A stretch of 64,000 nt of DNA, from positions 12,806-76,805 of the IMG/VR virus record IMGVR_UViG_3300029258_001308; one strand, written 5' to 3'. This stretch comes from a virus. The notes beneath the pieces were generated by a model. The model made no database searches and was not told the DNA's origin. It saw nothing but the letters and a program-made list of their open reading frames with translations. The position numbers and the translations under genes were made by a program. Of the stretch, positions 1 through 8,816 are shown one piece after another (position 1 is the stretch's first letter; every line of letters starts with the position of its first letter).

Positions 1-354
1 GACGGCACTGGCCGACTCCAGCTGAACATGAATGTCCGCTTCCGGTCAAGAGATGCGTACGACGCGGCGTTCATGAACATGTGGGCCTTCATCGATCTAC
101 AGGCCCACATCGCCGAGCGTGTCTCCATTCTGATCGACCAGCCGGTCTACGTCGGGCGGTACTGCGACTTCTCCGATTCGTATCACATCTACGGCTCCCG
201 CTTGGCCCACTTCGAGGAGTCGTTCATGAAGATGATACGCGACCGGAAGTTCGAGGACCGCACCTGGACCCGCGAGTTCGCGCAGCCGTTCTTCGACGAG
301 GCCCGCCCGAAGATCATGGCTAAGGTCGCCGAGTACGACGGAAGGAAGAAGTAG
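1..354 (+). CDS. thyA: Thymidylate synthase (dUMP-type), C-terminal part; 5' end outside window
   Basis: RSRDAYDAAFMN matches ThyA RSxD-x7-N (Asn at the E. coli N177 position), followed by DSYHIY; frame open to base 1. Confidence 0.8.
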   Translation, partial: DGTGRLQLNMNVRFRSRDAYDAAFMNMWAFIDLQAHIAERVSILIDQPVYVGRYCDFSDSYHIYGSRLAHFEESFMKMIRDRKFEDRTWTREFAQPFFDEARPKIMAKVAEYDGRKK

Positions 355-355
355 C

Positions 356-565
356 ATGGCAAAGACATTCGGCCACAGCACAGGCGCGTGCTCGGTCTTC
401 GGCCTTGTCCACAGGTTCAACAAGGTCACTCTTGGCCTTGCCGACCCTCAGCTCGAAGTTACATGCTGTGCATGCGGAGTCGTCCGTGTCAAGACTCCGA
501 AGAGCTGGGTCCACATCTACACCGATGGAACGGTGAAGCAGAAACCGAGGAAGGCCAAGTCATGA
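356..565 (+). CDS. Small hypothetical protein (Cys/His-rich)
   Basis: ATG 1 nt after the upstream stop; tightly packed operon. Confidence 0.5.
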   Translation: MAKTFGHSTGACSVFGLVHRFNKVTLGLADPQLEVTCCACGVVRVKTPKSWVHIYTDGTVKQKPRKAKS

Positions 566-697
566 GCTGGGTGACCGCCTTCCTACTCGGACTCATAGCC
601 GGGGTACTCTGGGGCCAGGCCTCGGTCTTCTCCTGGCTCAAGCGCAAGCGTCGCATCAAGTCCGGCGGCTGGTGGTACACAGCCGAGGAGGACCCCG

Positions 698-931
698 ATG
701 TGTGAGCGATGCCAGTACGACGAGATCGCCCATTGCTTCGACGCCACGGCTGCTGGAGCCAAGCGCATGGCCGAGTACATGAGGCTCTGCGGTACTACCA
801 TGGAGCAGGCTACTAAGAACTTCCAGAACGCGGGCTTCGGCCGTCGGACCCCGACCACGAAGCGCCGTGACTACGTGCCTCACTACGACCGTGGCGGCCT
901 AGACCGTGCACGTGCGAGAGGAACAGACTGA
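698..931 (+). CDS. Hypothetical protein
   Basis: TGATG coupling to the next gene. Confidence 0.5.
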   Translation: MCERCQYDEIAHCFDATAAGAKRMAEYMRLCGTTMEQATKNFQNAGFGRRTPTTKRRDYVPHYDRGGLDRARARGTD

Positions 932-1290
932 TGCCTAAGACCACCGTCGTCAACAAGCGCAAGGAGAAGTTCGACGTCTACATCGGTCGTCCTTCCAAGT
1001 GGGGCAACCCGTACCAGATCGGGCCCGATGGCTCACGTGCCGAGGTCATCGAGGCTTTCCACCGCTTCATCCTCAAGCGGCCCAAGCTTCTCTACGCGCT
1101 GAAGGACCTAAGAGGCAAGAAGCTCGGATGCTACTGTGCCCCGAAGCCGTGCCATGGTGATGTGCTCGCCCGCTTAGCTGACCTACCGTGTGTACCGTGC
1201 GACTGCTCGGGGATATGTCCACTGGCCTTCGATCTCGAGGTCGTGGACCCGAACTGTAACATGGATTTCGAGGATGACGACATTGGCTAA
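931..1290 (+). CDS. DUF4326 family protein
   Basis: DVYIGRPSKWGNPY...LRGKKLGCYCAPKPCHGDVL signature. Confidence 0.85.
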   Translation: MPKTTVVNKRKEKFDVYIGRPSKWGNPYQIGPDGSRAEVIEAFHRFILKRPKLLYALKDLRGKKLGCYCAPKPCHGDVLARLADLPCVPCDCSGICPLAFDLEVVDPNCNMDFEDDDIG

Positions 1291-1567
1291 GTCGGGTACC
1301 TACCATCCCGCCGTCTGTCCCAAGTGCCGACACAAGTGGGACGAGTACTTCGAGTACGGGTGCTACTGGAAGAAGGTCCGCTGCCCCGAGTGCAACAACG
1401 TGTTCGGCACCGGCCTTCGTCGGCGAGGCTGTCGTCATCCGCGCTGGCAGTTCGCTGGTGGCATCCGCGGAGGCAGAGCCGAGTGGTGCCCGAACTGTGG
1501 AGCCCTGGCCTACAAGAGGAAAGGCAAGCGGCGTGTCATCACGTACCCCAAGCGACGCTCGGTGTAG
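1274..1567 (+). CDS. Zinc-ribbon protein
   Basis: CPKC, CPEC and CPNC pairs. Confidence 0.55.
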   Translation: MTTLAKSGTYHPAVCPKCRHKWDEYFEYGCYWKKVRCPECNNVFGTGLRRRGCRHPRWQFAGGIRGGRAEWCPNCGALAYKRKGKRRVITYPKRRSV

Positions 1568-1744
1568 GAACTGCTGGCTGTCCAGGTTCCCCACCGGTAA
1601 GGAAGACCCCGATGTCATCCGTCAGTTCGACAACCCACGGCTGTGCGACGCCCGGACCCAGATCGTCGAGGCCGATAACGATGCGACGCACTGTCGTCAC
1701 TATATCTCGGAGATCGAAGCGCTGAAGCGCGTGAGGAGAGGGAT

Positions 1745-2575
1745 ATGAAAGCCGAACATGATGGCATCTGGCTGACGGTATCGAGAGAGGACGACATCAA
1801 GAGCGGGTGGACTCTAGACATTCGCGGCATGCGCCCAGAGTCCGTGGCCTTTCTGGTCAGAAAGATCGAAGAGTACGAGTCTCGCCTCGAGCATCAGTTG
1901 ACCTACTGCGTGTACTGCGGGAAGGCCTTTCCAGTCGATACTCATGCCGGCGAAGCTATCTCGCATCATATCCGGTCGTGTCCCAAGCACCCGCTCAAGG
2001 AGGCCATGGACCTGCTCTCGGGCATCCGCATCCACCAGGGAGACACGGGCTACTCTCTCAGGTTCTCGAACCCTGAAGACCCCGCAGCCTTCTGGGAGAT
2101 CAACCTCACTGCCGACTTCAAGCCCGGCTCTATCCTCGTCATGGATCAGTGGAGGCAGAGGCACAAGAACTTCCTGTACAAGGAGCTGTACTCGCAGGGC
2201 ACCGATCTCCTAACCGAGATTGACGAGGCCATCGAGAAAGTTTCTGAGGTCCCGACAGTCAGCTGCCTCTCCAGGGGATGCGGCTGGGAAGGACCTGCCT
2301 CCGAGTGCAAGCCCAGCATGTCGATCTACTCGGACATGCGGTGCCCGAAGTGCGGCACCTCTAACCTCGACACGTCAGACTGCTTGGCCAAGGACCCGAA
2401 CTATGGGTACGGCGAAGACAACTCGCTACACATCGAGACCAAGCCCAGACCCGACGACATGTGTCAGACGTGTAAGAAGCGAGAGGGCTCTGCCCGTACG
2501 CATCACGGTCTCCCGTCCGGGACTCACTGTGATCCGTGCTGGGCCGAGCTACTGGACGACTATCGGAAGGGATAG
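1745..2575 (+). CDS. Hypothetical multi-zinc-finger phage protein
   Basis: CVYC...HIRSCPKHP, CPKC and CQTC...HCDPC; GAGAGGG RBS. Confidence 0.6.
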   Translation: MKAEHDGIWLTVSREDDIKSGWTLDIRGMRPESVAFLVRKIEEYESRLEHQLTYCVYCGKAFPVDTHAGEAISHHIRSCPKHPLKEAMDLLSGIRIHQGDTGYSLRFSNPEDPAAFWEINLTADFKPGSILVMDQWRQRHKNFLYKELYSQGTDLLTEIDEAIEKVSEVPTVSCLSRGCGWEGPASECKPSMSIYSDMRCPKCGTSNLDTSDCLAKDPNYGYGEDNSLHIETKPRPDDMCQTCKKREGSARTHHGLPSGTHCDPCWAELLDDYRKG

Positions 2576-2577
2576 CC

Positions 2578-3057
2578 ATGCCGAAGAAGAAGAAGGATCA
2601 CATGATCGTTGGCTTCACTGGCACCCAGATCGGGATGACCCCGTTCCAGCTCAAGTGGGTCAGAAAGATTCTGACTGATCTGGCTCCTAAGGCTCTCCAT
2701 CACGGAGACTGCGTCGGGGCTGATGCCGAGGCCCACGAGATCGCTCTAAGCCTCGACATCCCGATCATCGGTCACCCACCCCTGAAGTCCTCGAAGCAGG
2801 CATTCTGCCGAGGCTTCGAGGAGCTCCGCGATCCCAAGCCTTACCTCGAGAGGAATCACGACATAGTAGACGAGTGTCACGTCCTTATAGCCGCGCCAGC
2901 TACCCCACATCAGCGCCGTAGGTCCGGGACCTGGGCAACGTATCGTTACGCTCACAAGACCTGGAAGCCGACGTACCTGGTGTATCCCATCCCTCAGGAG
3001 GTCTGCGTGGTTCAGACCCTCTACGGGGAGGACGGAGCGGAGGTGTCGTGGCGGTGA
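2578..3057 (+). CDS. SLOG/DprA-like nucleotide-binding protein
   Basis: VGFTGT...HHGDCVGAD...YLERNHDIVD...RSGTWAT. Confidence 0.75.
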   Translation: MPKKKKDHMIVGFTGTQIGMTPFQLKWVRKILTDLAPKALHHGDCVGADAEAHEIALSLDIPIIGHPPLKSSKQAFCRGFEELRDPKPYLERNHDIVDECHVLIAAPATPHQRRRSGTWATYRYAHKTWKPTYLVYPIPQEVCVVQTLYGEDGAEVSWR

Positions 3058-3266
3058 GCCTGAGCAACCTACACTGCGGTCGTTGCCACGCTCGGTTCTG
3101 CATCAAGTGCGACGGCACCGGAATCGCTGGACCTGTCGGCGCTTTCGGCCGCTGTAAGGCCTGCGACGGGAAGGGCTTTCAGAAGGACAAGACGGAGATG
3201 GGCCCCGACGATATAGCACCAGAGGACATTCTCTGTAAGGACTGTCGGAAGGAGCTCCACCCATGA
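3048..3266 (+). CDS. Small DnaJ-type zinc-finger protein
   Basis: CIKCDGTG and CKACDGKG (CxxCxGxG). Confidence 0.55.
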   Translation: MAVSLSNLHCGRCHARFCIKCDGTGIAGPVGAFGRCKACDGKGFQKDKTEMGPDDIAPEDILCKDCRKELHP

Positions 3267-3577
3267 AGAAGGCGAAGGAATATGCGGCAGACTTCGTAGC
3301 ACGTGTTGGCCGCGGTGAAGACCCCGTGAAGTGCGCAGGAGACGTAGCTCGAGCCATGACCCTGGAGATCGAGGACATAGGCAAGATGCGACACGCGAAA
3401 TCCTCCGAGGCTCTTACGGCAATAGTGCTAGAGCAGTCCAGGAAGTGGAAGGCCTTCGTGGCCAGGGTCCCGGAAAAGTTTAGCCTCAGTCCCTCTGGCT
3501 TCGCGCTTTACTTCAAGACTCACATGGAGGCGACGGCGAAAGAGATGCCTGTGGACGTTCTGAATCAGATGCTCTAG
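3263..3577 (+). CDS. Hypothetical protein
   Basis: AAGGAG RBS, ATGA overlap. Confidence 0.55.
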   Translation: MKKAKEYAADFVARVGRGEDPVKCAGDVARAMTLEIEDIGKMRHAKSSEALTAIVLEQSRKWKAFVARVPEKFSLSPSGFALYFKTHMEATAKEMPVDVLNQML

Positions 3578-3607
3578 GGAGGAAGCGACGAGGGGCAAGG
3601 GGGGGGA

Positions 3608-3674
3608 CTGTTGAACAAGCCAACAGTCATCAACAGAAGTCAACAGTTCTCAACAGTCGGCAACAGTCAACAGT
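3608..3674. repeat. Helically phased CAACAG array
   Basis: CAACAG at 3621, 3631, 3641, 3651, 3661 and 3668; inverted CTGTTG at 3608. Confidence 0.85.
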
Positions 3675-3694
3675 CGCTGGCGAGGGGAGAAGCC

Positions 3695-4120
3695 ATGGCA
3701 AGCCCGATACCGAATCACAAGGATGAGGAATGGCACATCTGGGCCAGCCCGGATTGGAACGATGGATACATGGCCGACTTCTCAGCGCTGGCCACGGAGC
3801 CACGACCGACCGAGCTAACCGAAGACTCGCCGCGTCGAGACACTCTTCTCGGTCCCAAGGCGGAGGTCCTCGGTTCGAGCGAGTGGATGCGAGTGGACTT
3901 AGGCGATCTCGCTCTCATGGCCGCCGCCCCTATCGGGTACCGCATGGCTCGCGCCATCCTGCATCACAAGGGGTCGATCGGGGTCCCCGACCTTGTAGCT
4001 GATGCAGAGGCGTTCATGAAAAAGATTGTGGAGTCCATGGACAAACTGGGCACCACGGTATATAATGATGTCGACCCGCTAGGCCCCGAGGCAGACGAGT
4101 TCGCGGAGATGGAGAAGTGA
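3695..4120 (+). CDS. Hypothetical protein
   Basis: GGGGAG RBS before ATG 3695; DLALMAAAP motif common in phage proteins. Confidence 0.55.
   Translation: MASPIPNHKDEEWHIWASPDWNDGYMADFSALATEPRPTELTEDSPRRDTLLGPKAEVLGSSEWMRVDLGDLALMAAAPIGYRMARAILHHKGSIGVPDLVADAEAFMKKIVESMDKLGTTVYNDVDPLGPEADEFAEMEK
4038..4066 (+). promoter_or_regulatory. Sigma70-like promoter TGGACA-N17-TATAAT
   Basis: Exact spacing; same consensus recurs at 10231, 24197, 24839 and 52255(-). Confidence 0.65.
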
Positions 4121-4766
4121 GTACTCAGACCGAGTCAGGTTTCTGCGGCATCATCTTCGGGGTGCTGATCATCATGGGCGTGCTCTGCTATCTGGGCTGC
4201 TCGCTCAAGGCAGCGGCCTGGACGACCGGAATCTTTCTAGCACTAGGCTTAGTAGCTACCATCGTCCACAAGCTCAGTCACGAGGAAGAGGGATGACCGA
4301 ACCTCTCAAGCTCATCATGGGTCACTGGTGGAAGCGGGTCATCTGCTGGGTGCGCGGTCATCGCTGGTTCGACCTGAACGTGATGACAAGGACGCCGATA
4401 CTCGATATGCTGGGGATCAAGGACGAGACGAAGATATGTCTGCGGTGCGGAAAGGTGAAGAGATGACTGACTCGATAGTAGGCCAGAAGAGACTGGTCAT
4501 CGTCATCCAGGCATCGGGTACGTACCCCGTTACCCGTGTCTTCTTCCAGAGGCCGACCGATACAGTGGACGAGATGCACGGCGACAAGTTCTGTGTCAAG
4601 CACCCGTCCCGTATGGCCGAGGCCCAGAAGATCACGCCTCTTCGTCCGCAGTGGACTGAGGGCATCTGTCAGAACCCGCACTGCTGGAAGGTCAAGAACG
4701 AAGAGCCGTGTCATCGCTATCGCGGAAGAGTGGAGTTCGACGACGTTCTCTAGAAAGGAGATCGCC

Positions 4767-5192
4767 ATGAGAAGTGTCTCGAAGTTCGCAGTGCTGTTCC
4801 TTGTGTTGGTCCTGGTAGCCGGGTGCGCTTCGATGAATGTCCAGAGGTCGGGCATTCGGGGAGCGGCGGACGTCATCACAACCGTCCGGCTCGACAAGGT
4901 CGACGTGGACAAGGTGGATGACGAGCTGGCATCCATCAGAACCGTGACCGAGAAGATACTCGCCTACCTGGAAGAGGCGAGCATCATCGATCTCTCGGCG
5001 CTTGAGGACATACTCAAGCAACAGCTCGACGCCAAGTTCCATCCCTTCATCGAAGAGGGCGTCGAGGAGCTGAGACGGTTTGTCAAGAACGTGAACATCA
5101 AGCCCTCCAATAAGAAGCGGGGCATCGCGTTCTGTCGCGGCATCCTCAAGTCATGCGACTTGTACGACAAGACGGACCGCGACGATGACTGA
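4767..5192 (+). CDS. Lipoprotein
   Basis: AAGGAG RBS; signal peptide with lipobox LVAGC. Confidence 0.75.
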   Translation: MRSVSKFAVLFLVLVLVAGCASMNVQRSGIRGAADVITTVRLDKVDVDKVDDELASIRTVTEKILAYLEEASIIDLSALEDILKQQLDAKFHPFIEEGVEELRRFVKNVNIKPSNKKRGIAFCRGILKSCDLYDKTDRDDD

Positions 5193-5359
5193 CGAGTGCG
5201 AGCACGACTTCGAGGTTCGTCGCGAGACAGACGAGAAGGTCATCCGCATCTGTGCATGGTGCGGGGAGATTCAGTTCTGTTGGAAGAAGATAGAGGGTCT
5301 CGAGGACGGTAGTTCCCAGGAGACCCTCCAAGTTTACCGCCGGATACCGGGGAGGAAGC

Positions 5360-5986
5360 ATGGAGCCGAACGAGACTGAGGGAGAGTTGAAGTTCGGGGA
5401 CGAGAGCGAGATGGCAGCTCGCCTCAGAAAGGTCCTCGGTGTCGGACCGTACGAGCAAGTCCACGTCCGGATGCCGCAGTTCGGACGTATCGACGGCCGA
5501 GAGATCGTGCACTACCCCGAGACCGAGGAGGACTGGAAGCAGCTGCCGACCTTGCCTCGCATAGCACTGGTCGAGCTGGGTCTCCAGCAGTGGGACCCCG
5601 GTCATTGGCTCTATCCGGGCGAGTGGTACGAGCACATTCCGACGGGCCATCCCATCGTCGACATCTGTGGCGACAAGGAGCTCTTCGTTCCCGGTCAGAC
5701 CGACGACGACCGTCGCTTCGGGGCACTGGCCTACGGCTTCAAGCGCGAAGAGCAGGAGGATGAGCTGGCGTGGTTCTGTCAGTCTCGGTCCATCAACGTC
5801 CCCGACGACTACTGTGGCAAGCCAGCCGTGGACCGAGGCAAGTTCTGCAAAGCACACACGTGTGTCTTCGGTACGTGTCGAGATGAAGCCACTGCTATCT
5901 ACCCGCTTCTCCCCGGAGAACCGGGCTTCTGCGCCACGCACCACGTGCCGCAGTACACAAGGAACTGGGGAGTCGATCAGAGCTAG
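5360..5986 (+). CDS. Hypothetical phage protein
   Basis: GGAGG RBS; long ORF with a Cys-rich C-terminus. Confidence 0.6.
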   Translation: MEPNETEGELKFGDESEMAARLRKVLGVGPYEQVHVRMPQFGRIDGREIVHYPETEEDWKQLPTLPRIALVELGLQQWDPGHWLYPGEWYEHIPTGHPIVDICGDKELFVPGQTDDDRRFGALAYGFKREEQEDELAWFCQSRSINVPDDYCGKPAVDRGKFCKAHTCVFGTCRDEATAIYPLLPGEPGFCATHHVPQYTRNWGVDQS

Positions 5987-5998
5987 GAGAGAGGTACC

Positions 5999-6418
5999 AT
6001 GCAGGACGCAGTCTTAGGTTTCGCGTTCGACCCCAGCTCGGGCAAGGTGGCTCTGATCAAGAAGATCAAGCCGGCCTGGCAGTGCGGCCGTATCAACGGC
6101 GTCGGTGGAAAGGTGGAGCCGTCGGAGACACCCGCACAAGCAATCGTGCGAGAGTTCAGAGAAGAGACGAGCCTCCAGATCGATGGTGACAAGTGGGAGC
6201 ATGTGTTCACCTTCTTCGAGAACGGGTGGGGAGTCTGGGTCTACCGGGCTCGCGTTGACCTCTCGCACATCAGGTCACCTGAAGAGGAGAAGGTAGAACT
6301 GTACGACCCCACTGATCTGCCGGTGTCGGTGATGTCTAACCTCCGTTGGATCGTGCCGCTCCTGGCCTTCGAGGAAGTACAACATCCGTTCGCAATCTGG
6401 ACAGGGAGACCGAAATGA
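5999..6418 (+). CDS. Nudix hydrolase
   Basis: Nudix box GGKVEPSETPAQAIVREFREETSL. Confidence 0.9.
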   Translation: MQDAVLGFAFDPSSGKVALIKKIKPAWQCGRINGVGGKVEPSETPAQAIVREFREETSLQIDGDKWEHVFTFFENGWGVWVYRARVDLSHIRSPEEEKVELYDPTDLPVSVMSNLRWIVPLLAFEEVQHPFAIWTGRPK

Positions 6419-7242
6419 AGTCAGTCCTACTAACGCTGCTGCTACTCCTGGCTTCGGTCCCAGCATGGGCCGAGTACGAGAACATCCGCGTCACCGTCAC
6501 GGCGTACTGTCCGTGTCAGAAGTGTTGCGGGAGATGGGCGGACGGGAGGTACGCTACGGGTAGACGGATACGCAAATCAGACTACGCTTTCGCGGTATCA
6601 CGTGACCTCAAGCAGTACCTCCCGCTCGACCGCTCGCAGATGCATATCCCCGGATACAACAAGTACCCTGAGCAGAGATCAGTCTGTCGAGACTTGATGG
6701 GTCGACAGGCTTGGCGTCAGATCGACGTGCTCATGACCGTTTGGAAGAACGGCAAGTCCCCGCACCAGCGAGCCTTGGCGTGGGGGAAGAAGACCCTGAC
6801 GATACGGGTCAGAAAGGGAGGCATGGCATGGGGAAGTACTGGTTCTTCCACCTCAGAATCCATCGCGGGGGTAGAGTGTTACCTCGTGGCGGCATCACCG
6901 TCTGTGCTCGAGAGATCGACGGTGGTATGCTTCGAATGGGAGCCGCCCTCTGCTCCGGGTTCGACACCTTCTGCAAGAAGACCGGACGAGAGATCGCACA
7001 GCGAAGAGCAGATGCCGACACCGCCCTCTATGACATCCGTTACACCACCGAGGTCCCGTTCAGCTTCGATCGACACCGGCCTCTCTCGCTCACGGGGCAG
7101 GTTCAGAACGAAGCAGAAATCTGGGCCACCGATCTCTTCGTCGAGAACTCTCGCAAGTCCATCGACATGGCCAAGGCCAACGACATCAAGCGGCCGAAAG
7201 TCCGCTATCGAACTAAGGTCAGGCACGAACTGCGAGATGTGA
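6415..7242 (+). CDS. Secreted 3D-domain (MltA-like) cell-wall protein; recognisable domain ends near 6815, remainder overlaps the next gene
   Basis: Signal peptide; VTAYCPCQKCCG...ATG...IDVLM...ALAWG. Confidence 0.7.
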   Translation: MKSVLLTLLLLLASVPAWAEYENIRVTVTAYCPCQKCCGRWADGRYATGRRIRKSDYAFAVSRDLKQYLPLDRSQMHIPGYNKYPEQRSVCRDLMGRQAWRQIDVLMTVWKNGKSPHQRALAWGKKTLTIRVRKGGMAWGSTGSSTSESIAGVECYLVAASPSVLERSTVVCFEWEPPSAPGSTPSARRPDERSHSEEQMPTPPSMTSVTPPRSRSASIDTGLSRSRGRFRTKQKSGPPISSSRTLASPSTWPRPTTSSGRKSAIELRSGTNCEM

Positions 7243-7355
7243 GGCGCCAGATCGCCGAGCGTCGTGACGTGACACATGCTGAGCTCCTCGATCGGATGCG
7301 TGTACTCGAGGACATGCTTGTCCATCGGAAGGGAACGAAGAAGCCGTGCTCCTAG
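6828..7355 (+). CDS. Hypothetical phage protein
   Basis: GGAGG RBS; RGGITV...ALCSxxDTFCKKTGRxIA phage motif. Confidence 0.65.
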   Translation: MGKYWFFHLRIHRGGRVLPRGGITVCAREIDGGMLRMGAALCSGFDTFCKKTGREIAQRRADADTALYDIRYTTEVPFSFDRHRPLSLTGQVQNEAEIWATDLFVENSRKSIDMAKANDIKRPKVRYRTKVRHELRDVRRQIAERRDVTHAELLDRMRVLEDMLVHRKGTKKPCS

Positions 7356-7728
7356 TATTCACATCTAAGCGAGGCTCCGTCTACTGCGGGGCACAGACCG
7401 TCGAGCTTTTCGAAGCTCTCCATACCCTGGGCATCGTGTGCCAGGAGGTGGAGAACCTCACTCCGTTCCCGGTATCCGAGGAGCTTCTTGTGGAGGCAGT
7501 GAGTGCGGCATGTCTCCATGACCTAGACTGGAAAGAGTTTCCGTGGCTGTACGACACCGAGACTCGCAAGACAGGAAGAACACTCCATGATCTTGAGATG
7601 GCTATCTGCACCTCGACTGTTTCTAACTCATCTGAAGACGATGCGGAAGGCGAGAGGTCTAACGCGCTTCGGCGCGATCAGGGTAGCACTGAGGCTGACC
7701 CTGAAGTTCATTAGGAGGGGGGATAGAG

Positions 7729-7983
7729 ATGGACAGTAAGCAGCTACTTGTGGAGCGTACGAACGGCCAGCAGATCGAGAAGGCCATCGGCCTTACGGTC
7801 AGCAAGGAACGTGAGCGGCAGAACCTCACGACAACCGAGCTGGCCAAGAAGGTGGGCATCAGCCAGGCACAGATCAGCCGGCTGGAGAACGGGAAGCAGG
7901 GCTTCCGTTCGTCCACACTGGAGCGGGTAGCACACGCGCTCGGCGTCCAGCTGCTGGTACCGTACGGCCTGGCCACGAGCTAG
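7729..7983 (+). CDS. XRE-family helix-turn-helix regulator
   Basis: LTTTELAKKVGISQAQISRLENG. Confidence 0.9.
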   Translation: MDSKQLLVERTNGQQIEKAIGLTVSKERERQNLTTTELAKKVGISQAQISRLENGKQGFRSSTLERVAHALGVQLLVPYGLATS

Positions 7984-8087
7984 AGGAGAAGGGGCGGCGA
8001 GAACGAACGGCAGTCGGGAGAGGACGCTTGTCCCGTGACTGATACCGGCCGAATAAGGCGAGGCCGGCTCGCCCCCTAATCCAGGAG

Positions 8088-8462
8088 ATGATCATGGCGA
8101 AGCGGACCGACGAGTGGAGACCCCGGCACGAGCTGGACGACCAGCCGCCCGATCAGGAGATCATCCACGAGGAGAAGACCTTCTCGAGAGGGCAGCAGTT
8201 CATTCGACAGCTCAACCCTCTGACAGGTGGAGTCGTCAAGTTTGAGGTGCCCGTAAAGATACAGCTTCCATCCGAGACCCATCCCGGTTCGGGGTACGTC
8301 TACTCCCGGCTGGCCTACATCAAGGCGTCATCCGTGCGGGAGGCGTTCAAGCTTCTCCCTCAGTTCATGGCGAAGGAGGAAGTCATAGCCAAGAACGCTC
8401 AGAAGAAGGCGGACCACAAGATCATCGATCCAGGGTTCGGCCTGTTCGGGCCGACGCCCTAG
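8088..8462 (+). CDS. Hypothetical protein
   Basis: AGGAG RBS. Confidence 0.55.
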   Translation: MIMAKRTDEWRPRHELDDQPPDQEIIHEEKTFSRGQQFIRQLNPLTGGVVKFEVPVKIQLPSETHPGSGYVYSRLAYIKASSVREAFKLLPQFMAKEEVIAKNAQKKADHKIIDPGFGLFGPTP

Positions 8463-8816
8463 CGGAGTGAACATGGACTACGTACTCGTCGCCCTACTAA
8501 CGGGCCTTCTCTCCTATCTGCTTCACCGCCGGACGGTACGGCTGGAGCGGGAGCAGGCAGCAGAGGAGAAGAAGTGGAGAGCGCTAGGCACGCCTCTTCG
8601 ATTCGAGCGGCTTCTCCTGGAGGAGAACCGCATACTCAAGCAGCTGGTAAAGGCATATCAGTCATGGGCTATCTTAGATTCGCGGCGGTGCGATGGCTGG
8701 CGGTAGCAGGCTTAGCCTGCCAGGGTTTGCCATGCCCTGCTCCCTTTCCTCCGGGGACTTCGTCTTCTTCGCCCTGGAGTTTGGACCGTCAGCCTCGCAC
8801 CACGCTGGAGAGTAGG

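Noticed and set aside
3608-3674. Repeat array as a mini-CRISPR
   Set aside because: 6-bp units with 4-bp gaps are far too short, and there are no cas genes.
8574-8816. N-terminal extensions in the ORF track (helicase; also 21033, 23580, 31724, 47738, 54834)
   Set aside because: Downstream starts coincide with stop/start coupling or domain boundaries, so the extensions are likely untranslated.
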